A stretch of 64,000 bases of DNA from Acidimicrobiia bacterium (GTDB lineage: Bacteria; Acidobacteriota; Terriglobia; Bryobacterales; Bryobacteraceae). The notes beneath the pieces are model-generated. The model made no database searches, had not been told where the DNA came from, and saw nothing but the letters and a program-made list of their open reading frames with translations. Location: NCBI GenBank assembly GCA_016871315.1, contig VFZE01000018.1:35699-99698 (forward strand), given 5' to 3'. A program made the position numbers and the translations under genes. How positions within the stretch are numbered: the first letter of the stretch is position 1; each line of letters opens with the position of its first letter. This document shows positions 17,777 to 27,900 of the stretch, in pieces.

Positions 17777-19307
17777 CCCACTCCGCTTTCTTCGGCCCGC
17801 TGGCGGCGGCTTGGCCGAGCGCCATGCCGAAGCGCGCCATCTCCTCCATTCCCGAAAAATCCCAATCGGCACGGTATTCATCGCTCGGTCGGTGATAGTG
17901 CCAGGCGGAGTACTCACGTTGACGCTCACGCTTTGCGTCTCGGTCCGTCAGGTACGTGTTGCCCTGCGAGACACTGAAGGCAGCGACGCCGGCTTTGGCG
18001 AAAGGGAAATGATCAGAGCGGAAAAAGCTGCCTTGTTCGGGGCGCGGGTCAGGAGAAATGGTGAGACGGAAGCGTTGCGCGATGGATTGAACTTGCGGCC
18101 AGAATGTGATGCGCTCGGCGCCGTTCACGACGACGTCGGAGGCCCGGCCGAAAGGGTAGAAGGAATCGAAGTTGAGCACGAGGGCGGTTTTCGCCAAGGG
18201 CACAATCGGGTTGGCGGCGTAGTATTCGGCCCCGAGCAGCCCGGCCTCCTCGGCGGCCGTGAAAAGAAAGAGCGCGGTGCGGCGGGGCTTGGGTTCAAGC
18301 GCAGCCCAGGCCTGGGCGATTTCCAGTAGCATCGCACAGCCCGTGGCGTTATCCACGGCGCCGTTGTAGATGCCGTCCCCGTTGGCGGCGCGGTCGATGC
18401 CGAGGTGGTCCCAATGTGCCGCGAACACAATTGCCTCCGAGGCCAGAACGGGATCGGAACCCGGAATGCGTCCGGCGACGTTGCGGACAGGGATCTGCCG
18501 GAAGTTGGATTGGATGGCGGCTTCCAGAGTCTGCTTCAAGGGAATGGCGCGAAAGCCGCGCGCCCCGGCGCGCTTCAGCAGATCATCGAGTTTGTGGCCC
18601 GCCTGAGCCAGCAGCCGCGCCCCGGCCTCCTGATGCAGCCATCCGGCGAAGACCAGGCCCGATTCCGATGCTTGCGCCTCTTCCCTGCCCCAGCTGTTCC
18701 GCACCACATCCCAGCCGTAACCGGCGGTCGAGTTCGTGTGGATGATGAGCGCGGCGGCGGCTCCGCGTCGTGCCGCTTCTTCGAATTTGTAGCTCCAGCG
18801 CCCATAGTAGGTGAGAGCGGGGCCGCCAAAGAGAGCCGGGTCCTTCGATTGCGGCTCATTGGTGAACAGGACTACGGTTTTGCCCTTCACTTCGGCCCCG
18901 CGGTAGTCGTCCCATTGAAACTCCGGCGCGGAGATGCCATGGCCCACGAAGATCATTTCCGCGTTGAGCGAGACCTCCGGCTTGCGTGCACGGGTCTGGC
19001 CAACAAAGTCCTGAGGGAACTGAAACGTGAGGCTGCCGGCGGCGAGCTTGGAGCCGGGCTGCGTCGCGACGCCGGTCAGAGTGACCGGCTGGAACCAGCC
19101 GTCGCCGGATCCCGGTTTGGCGCCGGCGATGGCGAGTTGCGAAGCCAGATACGCAGTTGCAAGTTCGCCGCCCCGTTCCCCTGTGCCGCGCCCCTCCAGC
19201 AGATCGGAGGAGAGGAACTCCACGTGAGCGCGGATGCGGTTGGACGAGATCTCCTGCGCCGGGGCGGAGCCGAGAAGGAGTAAGGTCAGTAGCGTTGTTT
19301 TAGCCAT
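17748..19307 (-). CDS. M28 family metallopeptidase with PA domain, secreted
   Basis: Signal peptide MAKTTLLTLLLLGSAPAQE. Motifs HWDHLG, NGAVDNATG, FTAAEEAGLLG and SDHFPF. Confidence 0.85.
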   Translation of the reverse strand: MAKTTLLTLLLLGSAPAQEISSNRIRAHVEFLSSDLLEGRGTGERGGELATAYLASQLAIAGAKPGSGDGWFQPVTLTGVATQPGSKLAAGSLTFQFPQDFVGQTRARKPEVSLNAEMIFVGHGISAPEFQWDDYRGAEVKGKTVVLFTNEPQSKDPALFGGPALTYYGRWSYKFEEAARRGAAAALIIHTNSTAGYGWDVVRNSWGREEAQASESGLVFAGWLHQEAGARLLAQAGHKLDDLLKRAGARGFRAIPLKQTLEAAIQSNFRQIPVRNVAGRIPGSDPVLASEAIVFAAHWDHLGIDRAANGDGIYNGAVDNATGCAMLLEIAQAWAALEPKPRRTALFLFTAAEEAGLLGAEYYAANPIVPLAKTALVLNFDSFYPFGRASDVVVNGAERITFWPQVQSIAQRFRLTISPDPRPEQGSFFRSDHFPFAKAGVAAFSVSQGNTYLTDRDAKRERQREYSAWHYHRPSDEYRADWDFSGMEEMARFGMALGQAAASGPKKAEWVTATARGRK

Positions 19308-20479
19308 CGTTCAAAGAATTGTTGCCAGGCGGCGTCGATCTTCGGGCCGTTGGCTTTGTGGCCGTCGGCGGTCGAGGCGAACTGGATACGCCCCTCTACG
19401 CCCAGCAGCCGGTAGACTTCCCGGGCGCGGTTGAAATAGCCCCAGCTTTGCAGGTCATCGGAGTCGCCACCGCGGTCCTCGCTATGGCTGCCGCCGATGA
19501 GCAAGAAGGGGCGCGGCGCGCTCAGCGCCATCAGCTCGTGGTGATCGTGTTCAAAGCCGGGGCGCCTTGGATCCGTGTTGAGCATGCTGAGGACGGTGTG
19601 CTCAGCCGTCGGAATCTCCGGCCACTCGCGCGTCCAGTCCAGATACCACGGCGCATACCAGTTCGTGCCGCCGTTGACCGCGATGTGCGGATCCAGCGCG
19701 ACCGTGGCTGTGATCTCGGGAGCGAAGGCCGCGACATACACTGCAGCCTTGGCGCCCAGCGAAAAGCCGATGAAGCCGATACGGCGGCCGTCGACTTGTT
19801 TCAGCGACCGCAAATACTCCGCCTGCCGTTTGGCGTCGTGCACCATCTTCCCCATCGGCAGCCAGCGCCCGAAGCGCGAATAGAGCTTCTCGGCGGCTCC
19901 GGTGCGGAACGTCGTCCCGTCACGGTAATTGCGGATGAAGGACCAGCCGGTGAGCACGACATAGCCGCGCTCGGCGAGCCAGGCGCCCCACCATTGCTCC
20001 GGCGCCGTGTAGTCGGGCGTGGAGGAGGTCCAGGCGATCACGGCAGGGAAGGGCCCGCTGCCTTGCCCTTTGGGAAGCAGCAGCAGGTGTGGCTGGTAGA
20101 AGTCCTTCTCGATGGGAAGTTCCAGGTGCATCCTGGTGTAGGAAGGTTTCTCGAGAGTGTCGAGAATTCGTGGTTTGCGGATATCTCCAAACCACTGCTT
20201 GTCCTGTTTGGCCGGCTCGACCTTGCCAAGGATTTTCATCCAATGCGCAAGGATCTCCGGCCGCCGCTTCCGGGTCCAGTCCTGCGGGGATTTGAGGTCT
20301 TCGACGAGGGAAGGGATGGGCAGGCTATCGGCGCCCGGTTCGGGAGCGGGGGAGCGCGGGTTGGATACCCGGTGCTGGTTGAGGCGGGACGTGTTGGGAA
20401 TCTGGGCCGTCAAGAGAGCCGGCAGCAAAGCCAGCATCCAGCCGGTCCTATAGGCCCGCGACTCTGGCAATCGCATCAA
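19286..20479 (-). CDS. secreted alpha/beta hydrolase (dienelactone hydrolase / acetylxylan esterase-like)
   Basis: Signal peptide and nucleophile elbow GFIGFSLGAK. The long start at 20479 gives a proper positively charged n-region but overlaps the upstream ATPase gene by 32 nt. An alternative ATG lies at 20437. Confidence 0.65.
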   Translation of the reverse strand: MMRLPESRAYRTGWMLALLPALLTAQIPNTSRLNQHRVSNPRSPAPEPGADSLPIPSLVEDLKSPQDWTRKRRPEILAHWMKILGKVEPAKQDKQWFGDIRKPRILDTLEKPSYTRMHLELPIEKDFYQPHLLLLPKGQGSGPFPAVIAWTSSTPDYTAPEQWWGAWLAERGYVVLTGWSFIRNYRDGTTFRTGAAEKLYSRFGRWLPMGKMVHDAKRQAEYLRSLKQVDGRRIGFIGFSLGAKAAVYVAAFAPEITATVALDPHIAVNGGTNWYAPWYLDWTREWPEIPTAEHTVLSMLNTDPRRPGFEHDHHELMALSAPRPFLLIGGSHSEDRGGDSDDLQSWGYFNRAREVYRLLGVEGRIQFASTADGHKANGPKIDAAWQQFFERWLKQRY

Positions 20480-22148
20480 GCTTCTCCATCACTTCCGGAT
20501 CAATATCCTTTGGTGCAACGAAACGGGCTAGCTCATGGGAATTCTTCTTTGCCATGAGATTCGGAAGGCTGAGTTTTTTGAAGAAGGTTCGGAACAGGGG
20601 AGCCAGGAATTGATCACTTACTTTTGTTCCAGGATCCCAAGGTGAGGCATCCGATATCGCTTGGCTGGCGCTCGCAATTTCTTGAATCGCCTCTTCCATC
20701 GCTATACCGGCGTCATGAGCCAGGAGTGGTGCATCCTCGGTGACCCAGGAAGCGTAGGCTTTCAAGGTCTCCGGCTGGCAGATGTAGTTCTCGATTTCGC
20801 GCCGGTTCCAGGAGATTGCTATTTCGCGCAGCTCTGCGGGAAGGCCCTGATCAAGACGATCGAAAATTGCGATCGCCCGCAGTCCAGGGACGGCTTCCCG
20901 GAGGCCATAGTAATGGCGGCGGACCTCATTGGGTTGATTGCCGGTGTAGACAACAAACGGTTTCTCCAGGACCCTCTGGCCCAGGTGGTGACCTGCTCGA
21001 CCAGCCAGCGCGCGAAGCATTGCCAGGTCGGTGGAGCCCTCCAGGTACAACACCCATCCCGTCTGCTCCGCCAAATAATAATCTTGCCAGCCGATCTCTT
21101 TGAGCGCCTTTGCAACCTGGCTGCAGGCGTCGTTAATTCTGTGCGGCCGGCCCACGAAGGCAACCACAACATCACGGCCCGCCGCCTCATTGAGCAAGAC
21201 TTCCGAATGGCTGGCTGCAATGATCTGGTTCTTGTTCTCGGTAGCTACTTCAGTCAGCAACTGGTAGATCTCGCGCTGACGCAGGATCTCCAAGTGGGCA
21301 TCCGGTTCCTCCAGAAGAAGTACCGCGCCTGGATTCGCGTACATATAGGCGAGGAGCAGTAGGGTTTGTTGAAGCCCTCGGCCGGAGGACGACAGGTCGA
21401 GTGGACCTATCGCTGCTTCGCGATACTTCATCACGATTTCGCCTCGTTCTCCGATGTACACAGGAGGGAGAATCGTCACCCCGAACAACCGCTCAATTGT
21501 CTCCGTGAGTTTGTCCCAATGCAGCGAAGAGCCAGAGTGGATGTGGTAGCAGAGATTGCGCAGAACTTCCGCGGTTCTCCCTTCTCCCACCCGCACGTTA
21601 ATGGCCCCAAAATCCAGCCTTGTTTCCGTTGCCGCCAGTCCTGACATCGGAGGAAGGAATGCAACACGGACGCCTGCCGCCGCTGGCGGAATGACCATTC
21701 GCTCCGGCTTTCTCGATTCGTCCATGCGGAGCGGGCGGCAATAAAAAGACTCTTCATTGGCGTAATCAAACTCCAGTCCGCAAGTCCACGGGTGGGAACC
21801 GGTGACCCCCTCGACAACGATGTCGATGCGGACGTTCTTTGTGTCCGGCTTGCCGTTCTCGCGCCGGACGTCTCTTACGTGGAGTTCTCTCCAAAGAAGA
21901 TTAGAGTCCGGAACGGGAAGGGAAATCAGGTCCTTGCGGTTAATGGTGACCCCAGGTCGTTTCTCGGGAGTCTCTTTTCCCTTGCGCTTTTCATTCCAGC
22001 GCCGCAGCCCAATCTCCCAAAGCGCCAGCGCCTGCAGAGCCGAAGTCTTTCCCGAGTTGTTGGGTCCGATGAGAAGAACCGGGCTGCCGAGTTCGATTTC
22101 CAAGTCGTCGAAGCGTTTGAAGTTACGAACTCGGAGTTTGGTCAGCAC
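20448..22148 (-). CDS. ABC-type (AAA_15/AAA_21-like) ATPase with C-terminal Toprim/DUF4435-like region; OLD/PARIS-like defence candidate
   Basis: Walker A GPNNSGKTS, signature-like LSSSGRGLQQ, Walker B VLLLEEPDAHL and H-loop ASHSE. The C-terminal 200 aa carries LYLEGSTD, IFDRLD and WNRREIENY. GTG start is preceded by AGGAGGAG. The gene is visibly less GC-rich than its flanks. Confidence 0.8.
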   Translation of the reverse strand: MLTKLRVRNFKRFDDLEIELGSPVLLIGPNNSGKTSALQALALWEIGLRRWNEKRKGKETPEKRPGVTINRKDLISLPVPDSNLLWRELHVRDVRRENGKPDTKNVRIDIVVEGVTGSHPWTCGLEFDYANEESFYCRPLRMDESRKPERMVIPPAAAGVRVAFLPPMSGLAATETRLDFGAINVRVGEGRTAEVLRNLCYHIHSGSSLHWDKLTETIERLFGVTILPPVYIGERGEIVMKYREAAIGPLDLSSSGRGLQQTLLLLAYMYANPGAVLLLEEPDAHLEILRQREIYQLLTEVATENKNQIIAASHSEVLLNEAAGRDVVVAFVGRPHRINDACSQVAKALKEIGWQDYYLAEQTGWVLYLEGSTDLAMLRALAGRAGHHLGQRVLEKPFVVYTGNQPNEVRRHYYGLREAVPGLRAIAIFDRLDQGLPAELREIAISWNRREIENYICQPETLKAYASWVTEDAPLLAHDAGIAMEEAIQEIASASQAISDASPWDPGTKVSDQFLAPLFRTFFKKLSLPNLMAKKNSHELARFVAPKDIDPEVMEKLDAIARVAGL

Positions 22149-22244
22149 GGTTGACTCCTCCTAGTCTAGGGAATCGGTGGAGAAGGGCAATCATACTAAT
22201 CTTGATAGACATTGAGATGATTCCCTGCTATCCTGTCCTCTAGA

Positions 22245-23150
22245 GTGTCGTCCTTCTCTCTTTCCCATCTTCGCGCTTTGGAGGCCGAGAGTATCCAGAT
22301 TATACGCGAAGTCGCCGCCGAGTTCGCCAAGCCCGTCATGCTCTACTCCATCGGCAAGGACTCCTCCGTCATGGTCCGGCTCGCGCAAAAGGCCTTTCAT
22401 CCGGGCAAAATCCCCTTTCCCTTTCTGCACGTCGACACCACTTACAAGTTCGGCGAGATGATCGAATTCCGCGACCGGTTCATGGCCGGCATCGGCGGGG
22501 AACTGATCGTCAGCACCAACCGCAAGGCGATTGCAGAGGGCGCCAATCCGTTCAAGCTGGGCACCAGCAAGTGTTGCGCTCTGTTGAAGACGCGGGCGCT
22601 ACTGGACGGCCTGGAGGAGGGCGCCTTTGACGCCGCCTTCGGCGGAGCGCGGCGCGACGAAGAGAAGTCGCGCGCCAAGGAGCGGATCTTCAGTTTCCGC
22701 GACAAGTTCGGCCAATGGGATCCGAAAAACCAGCGCCCCGAGCTGTGGAATCTCTACAACGGGCGCGTGGACAAAGGCGAAAGCATCCGCGTCTTCCCGC
22801 TGTCGAACTGGACCGAGCTCGACGTCTGGCACTACATTTACCTGGAGGAGATTCCGGTAGTGCCGCTCTACTTTGCCAAGGAGCGTGAGATGGTGGTGCG
22901 CGGCGGCCAGCTGATCCCGCTCGAGCACAACATGCCGCTGCTGCCCGGCGAGAAGCCGCAAAAAGTCCTGTGCCGGATGAGGTCGCTGGGCTGCACATAC
23001 TGCACCGGCGCCATCCGTTCCGAGGCGGACACACTGCCGAAGATCATCGCCGAGCTGATCGGGTTCCGTCGAAGCGAGCGTGAGAACCGCGTGATCGATC
23101 ACGACCAGGAAGGATCGATGGAGATCAAAAAGCGGGAGGGCTACTTCTAA
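22245..23150 (+). CDS. cysD: sulfate adenylyltransferase subunit 2
   Basis: [22 protein letters not shown]...SIGKDSSVM...HVDTTYKF is nearly collinear with E. coli CysD. GTG start. Confidence 0.95.
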   Translation: MSSFSLSHLRALEAESIQIIREVAAEFAKPVMLYSIGKDSSVMVRLAQKAFHPGKIPFPFLHVDTTYKFGEMIEFRDRFMAGIGGELIVSTNRKAIAEGANPFKLGTSKCCALLKTRALLDGLEEGAFDAAFGGARRDEEKSRAKERIFSFRDKFGQWDPKNQRPELWNLYNGRVDKGESIRVFPLSNWTELDVWHYIYLEEIPVVPLYFAKEREMVVRGGQLIPLEHNMPLLPGEKPQKVLCRMRSLGCTYCTGAIRSEADTLPKIIAELIGFRRSERENRVIDHDQEGSMEIKKREGYF

Positions 23151-23152
23151 CC

Positions 23153-24907
23153 GTGCCGGAAACAACGGTTGCCGCGGTGGAGCGGCCGGAGACCATCGAT
23201 GAGTTTTTGAAGCGCCACGAGCAAAGCGAGCTGCTACGCTTCACGACAGCCGGCAGCGTCGATGACGGCAAGTCGACCCTGATCGGGCGGCTCCTGTACG
23301 ACACAAAGGGGGTGTACGAAGACCAGCTGGCGTCGGTGAAGAACTCGCGCGTAAACCGCTCGACCGGGGCTATCGATTTTTCGCTGCTGACCGACGGCCT
23401 GCGCGCCGAACGCGAGCAGGGCATCACCATCGACGTGGCCTACCGTTATTTCGCCACGCCGAAGAGGAAGTTCATCATCGCCGACACACCCGGCCATGAG
23501 CAGTACACACGCAACATGGCTACCGGGGCATCGACGGCGTCGCTGGCCATTATTCTCATCGATGCGCGTAAAGGCGTCCTGCCGCAATCACGCCGTCACA
23601 CCTACATCAGCTGGCTGCTCGGAATTCCGCATCTTGTGGTGGCAGTCAACAAAATGGACCTGGTGGATTTCAGCGAAGCGGTATTTGAGGAGATCCGCCG
23701 GGACTTCTCCAGCTTCGGGGAGAAGCTAGGCCTGCTGGCGCCGCCGCACTACATCCCAATCAGCGCGCTGGACGGCGACAACGTGGTGGACAAGAGCGCA
23801 CGCACGCCTTGGTATGACGGCCCGAGCCTGCTCGAACATCTGGAAACCGCGCCGATCACCACCGGGTTCAACTTCGGGGAGTTTCGCATGCCGGTACAGT
23901 ACGTGATCCGCCCGAACCTGGACTTCCGCGGCTATGCCGGCCAGATCGCCGCCGGCACCATACGGCCCGGCGACAAAGTGATGTCGTTGCCGTCGGGCCG
24001 GACTTCGAAGGTGCAGACCATCGGCACCTGGGACGGCGACCTCGATGTCGCGTTCCCGCCTCAATCAGTAACCCTGACGCTCGAAGATGAGCTCGATGTC
24101 AGCCGCGGAGACATGCTGGTGAATCCCGGCCGGATGCCCCATGTATCGCGGCGGCTGGAGGCTTACCTGGTGTGGATGAATGCCGAGCCGCTCGTGCGGG
24201 ATCATTCCTACCTGTTGAAGCACACGACGCAGCAGGTGGGCGTGACGGTGACCTCCATCGAAGGGCGCGTCGACGTCAACACGCTCAAGGAGGACAAGCC
24301 GGAGAGTCTCGCCCTCAATGAAATCGGGCGCGTGCGGCTGGAGACAACCAAACCGCTCTACTATGACGCCTACCGTAAGATCCGGTGGACGGGCAGCTTT
24401 GTTTTGATCGATCCGATCACGAATGCGACCCTGGCGGCGGGGATGTTGCAGGAGCGCGAGGCTTCCGGAGTGGGACCATCGGCGGGCCCGATGCTGAATC
24501 TGGGCGCCGGGCGGCTGACGCCAGCCGAGCGCTATGCGCGCGCCGGCCATCAGCCGGCGACGATCTGGCTGACGGCGCGCACGGAGCTTCTATGGCTGCT
24601 GGAGCGGAGGCTTTTTGAGCGCGGCTGCCTGGTGCAAGCGCTGTCGGATGAGGAAGAGACGCATCGTCTGCCGGAGGCGGCGCGGATTTTGAACGGTGGC
24701 GGGCTGATCGCGATCTGCTCCACCGGCTCCGATGACGCCGACGATCTGGCGAGAGTGGAACGGCTGATAGGGAGCGAGAGGCTGTTCGCCTATCACCCGG
24801 ATGAGTTGTCGCCCAAGGATGAGGCTGCTTGCGAACGGATTATCGGCGACTTGGAGGCGCGCGGAATTCTCACTCCGGCCGACTTCAGTTCCGGCGAAGG
24901 GATTTAG
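23153..24907 (+). CDS. cysN: sulfate adenylyltransferase subunit 1 (GTPase) with C-terminal P-loop-less APS-kinase-like extension
   Basis: G-domain motifs [17 protein letters not shown] and NKMD, followed by EF-Tu-like domains II and III. An extra 134 aa aligns to the CysC N-terminal region but lacks the GxxGxGKS loop. Confidence 0.9.
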   Translation: MPETTVAAVERPETIDEFLKRHEQSELLRFTTAGSVDDGKSTLIGRLLYDTKGVYEDQLASVKNSRVNRSTGAIDFSLLTDGLRAEREQGITIDVAYRYFATPKRKFIIADTPGHEQYTRNMATGASTASLAIILIDARKGVLPQSRRHTYISWLLGIPHLVVAVNKMDLVDFSEAVFEEIRRDFSSFGEKLGLLAPPHYIPISALDGDNVVDKSARTPWYDGPSLLEHLETAPITTGFNFGEFRMPVQYVIRPNLDFRGYAGQIAAGTIRPGDKVMSLPSGRTSKVQTIGTWDGDLDVAFPPQSVTLTLEDELDVSRGDMLVNPGRMPHVSRRLEAYLVWMNAEPLVRDHSYLLKHTTQQVGVTVTSIEGRVDVNTLKEDKPESLALNEIGRVRLETTKPLYYDAYRKIRWTGSFVLIDPITNATLAAGMLQEREASGVGPSAGPMLNLGAGRLTPAERYARAGHQPATIWLTARTELLWLLERRLFERGCLVQALSDEEETHRLPEAARILNGGGLIAICSTGSDDADDLARVERLIGSERLFAYHPDELSPKDEAACERIIGDLEARGILTPADFSSGEGI

Positions 24908-27900
24908 TCGCGGAGGCTGGGCTCGGTGCGCCCTTGTAAAGGAGGCCGCGTAGCGCCTTGCGCGGTGATCCAATACTTCAGCATCTTCTGGAGCAATTCA
25001 AGTGAGACGGGCTTCGCCAGAAAATCGTCCATGCCCGCGTCGAGGCATTTTTCCGGATCGCCATGCATGGCGTTGGCGGTCATGGCGATGATGGGAACAC
25101 GGCGGGCCGGATCCTGCGCCCGGCGGATGCGAAAGGTCGCTTCATACCCGTCCATTTCCGGCATGCGGCAATCCATGAGGATGGCCGCGTATTGCTTCAG
25201 CGCGGCCATACGCACGGCTTCCGCTCCGTTGACAGCAATTTCCGGCGTGTAACCAAGTTTCTCCAGCAGACGGACGGCGACTTTCCGGTTGACCGCGTTA
25301 TCCTCGACGACGAGAATCACCGGCCGGCTGGCCAACGGCGGCGGAGTTTCGCCGAACTGTCCGTTCACGGCGGCGACCAGATCGGCGGGCGCGGGCCGCG
25401 CCTCGGAGGCAAGCGGCAGGCTTAAGTGAACCGAAAAGGTGGAGCCGACACCGAGCTGGCTGGAAACGGAAATGGAGCCGCCCATCAACTCGGCGAGCGA
25501 CTTGGAAATCGCCAAGCCGAGCCCCGTGCCTTCATAGCGGCGGGAGGGGGACGAGTCCACCTGGGAGAATTTCTTGAACAGCACGCCGATCTTCTCGGCG
25601 GGGATGCCGATGCCGGTGTCCTCCACCGAGATGCGCAAGGCACGCGGCTCGCCGGCAGAACCCTGCCCGGCTTCCACACGGAGAACGACCTTGCCCGCGG
25701 AGGTGAATTTTACCGCGTTCGCCGCGAGATTGAGAATGATCTGGCGGATACGGCCGGAATCCCCGAGGAAGCGGCGGGGAACTCCAGTCGAGTAAATCAG
25801 GGAGACTTGCAACTCGCGGCCCCGGGCCGCCGGGGCGAGAATCTCCAGCACCTCGGCAAGGGTCTGCTTGAGATCGAATGGATTGATCTCCAGCACCAAC
25901 CTGCCGGCTTCAATACGGGACAAGTCAAGGATGTCATTGATGATTACCAGCAGCGCATCGGCCGAGGTTCGAATCGTGTCGTTGCATTCGGCCTGTTCCG
26001 GCGAGAGGGGAGTCGCTCCCATGAGATTGGCCATCCCGACGATGCCGTTGAGTGGCGTGCGTATCTCATGGCTCATGGTGGCGAGGAACTCGCTCTTGGC
26101 AAGCGAAGCCTGTTCGGCGCGGCGGCGCGCCTCCGCAAGCGCTTCGTCGCTGCGCTTGCGGTCCGTGATGTCGCGGCCGACGCATTGATATTCGCTGATC
26201 CGTCCGCTGGAATTGAAGATTGCGCGCACGATCCAGCGCTGCCACACCGTCAGTCCGTTGAGGGTAATGGAGCGTTCTGTCTCCCAGGTGGGAGACTCCG
26301 GCGTCAATCCGCCGAGGGCCTTCTGCAGAGTTTCCGGCTCCTCCCGGCGCAGCATGTGATAAAGATCCCGTCCCAGCAGATCCGCACGGTCTTTAGAGAA
26401 ATAGCGGCAGTAGGCGTCATTGACGAAGGTGATTGCTCCGCCTGGCTCCAATCGGCAAATCAGTTCCGTTTGGTCTTCCACGATGCCGCGGTAGCGCGCC
26501 TCGCTTTGTTCCAGCTGGCGAAGATGACGCCGTCTCCTGAGGATGCGGTCGATCAGAAGCGCCAGGATAATCAGCAGCGCTCCGGAAGCGCCTAAAAAAA
26601 AGGCCGGACGTTTGTAGAAGACCGGGATGACGCGGAATTGCAGGCGAACGGGATCGCCAGGCACGCCAAGCAGGCCCCTTGCTTGAACATCGATCGAGCG
26701 CTCGCCGAGTTGCAAATCGTGCAGGCGGACCTCGCGGGTGAGATTCCATCCCGACCAAGGACCGGCATCGATGCGATGGCGTGTTTCAATATTCTCCACT
26801 GGCGGATCACCCCAATAGCTGTTAGCCTTCCAGCGAAGCAGGATTTCATTTTCCTGCCGCATCGGTTTGTCGATCTCGATTCTCGGCGCGGGCCACTGCG
26901 TTGCCTTCAGGTCCAGACAATATGTTCCGCTCCCGATGGTGCCGGCGCAAACCTCCGAAGCGGAAACAAGGATCGGCCAGACCGGCCGCAAGTTCAGTGG
27001 AGCAATCTTGGGACCGAAGCGTGACAATTCGCCGTGGCGAAGCACACTGAGTCCGGCACTGGTGGCCACCCACAGAGTCCCATGGATGTCCTCCTGCACA
27101 TCCCAGACCTGGTTGCTGGCTAGGCCGTCACTTGTCGTGTAGTTTCTAACGGAGCCATCAGGAAGTATCGAGCTGAGCCCGTTGGCCCGGTTGCCGAGCC
27201 AGACCAGGCTATTGCGGTCGACAAGGATACAGAAGGCGTGGGTGGGGTCGCCCGGCTTGCCCTCCGGCCCGTATCGCTCCCAGTGGCGCCAGCTTCCGTT
27301 ATGCCAACGGCTGACTCCAAACCGGGTAGCGAACCAAAAAGCTCCGTCCGGACCCTCGGCGATGGCGTATGCTCCCTTGTCGCCCTGGCCTTGTTCGCGC
27401 CCCCAGTTTTCGAACTGGCCCCTATGCCGAGTGAAAATGCGCGACTCCCGCTTGATCCCGTCGGCGGAGAAGCCGGTGTTCAGAAACCAGAGCCGGCCTG
27501 TGCTGTCTTTCTGGATCCGATGAAAGGCTAGATCCGCAAGGCCCTGCGCCGCGCCGAAATGGTCCCACCGCGATCCATTCCAGCGCCAGGCTCCGGCGAA
27601 GGATGAGCCGCTGGAAATCCAGATATTGCCTGCCTCATCGCTGGCGACTCCTGTGATGGCGTCCTGGGAAGGGCCGCCCGGCCTGTCAAAGCTGGAGACC
27701 GAGCCATCGGCCTTGCGAACTACCAGCCCGCCTGCGGTAGCCGCCAGCACCGTCCCGTCTTTACCGGCCACCAGGGCGTTGACGCTGTTCCTGTTGTCCG
27801 GAAAAGGAAAGACCGAGTTGGTCCAGCGCTGCGAAGTGGAGCGGTGGAGAAACAGTCCGCCGGTAGTGCCGACCCACAAGTCGCCATTGTCGCGATAGCG

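Noticed and set aside
22149-22244. Possible regulatory element (riboswitch or operator) in the divergent spacer between the ATPase gene and cysD
   Set aside because: The spacer is only 96 nt and has no convincing promoter hexamers at proper spacing (the TTGATA...TATCCT spacer is about 21 nt). I could not find conserved-looking structure or palindromes.
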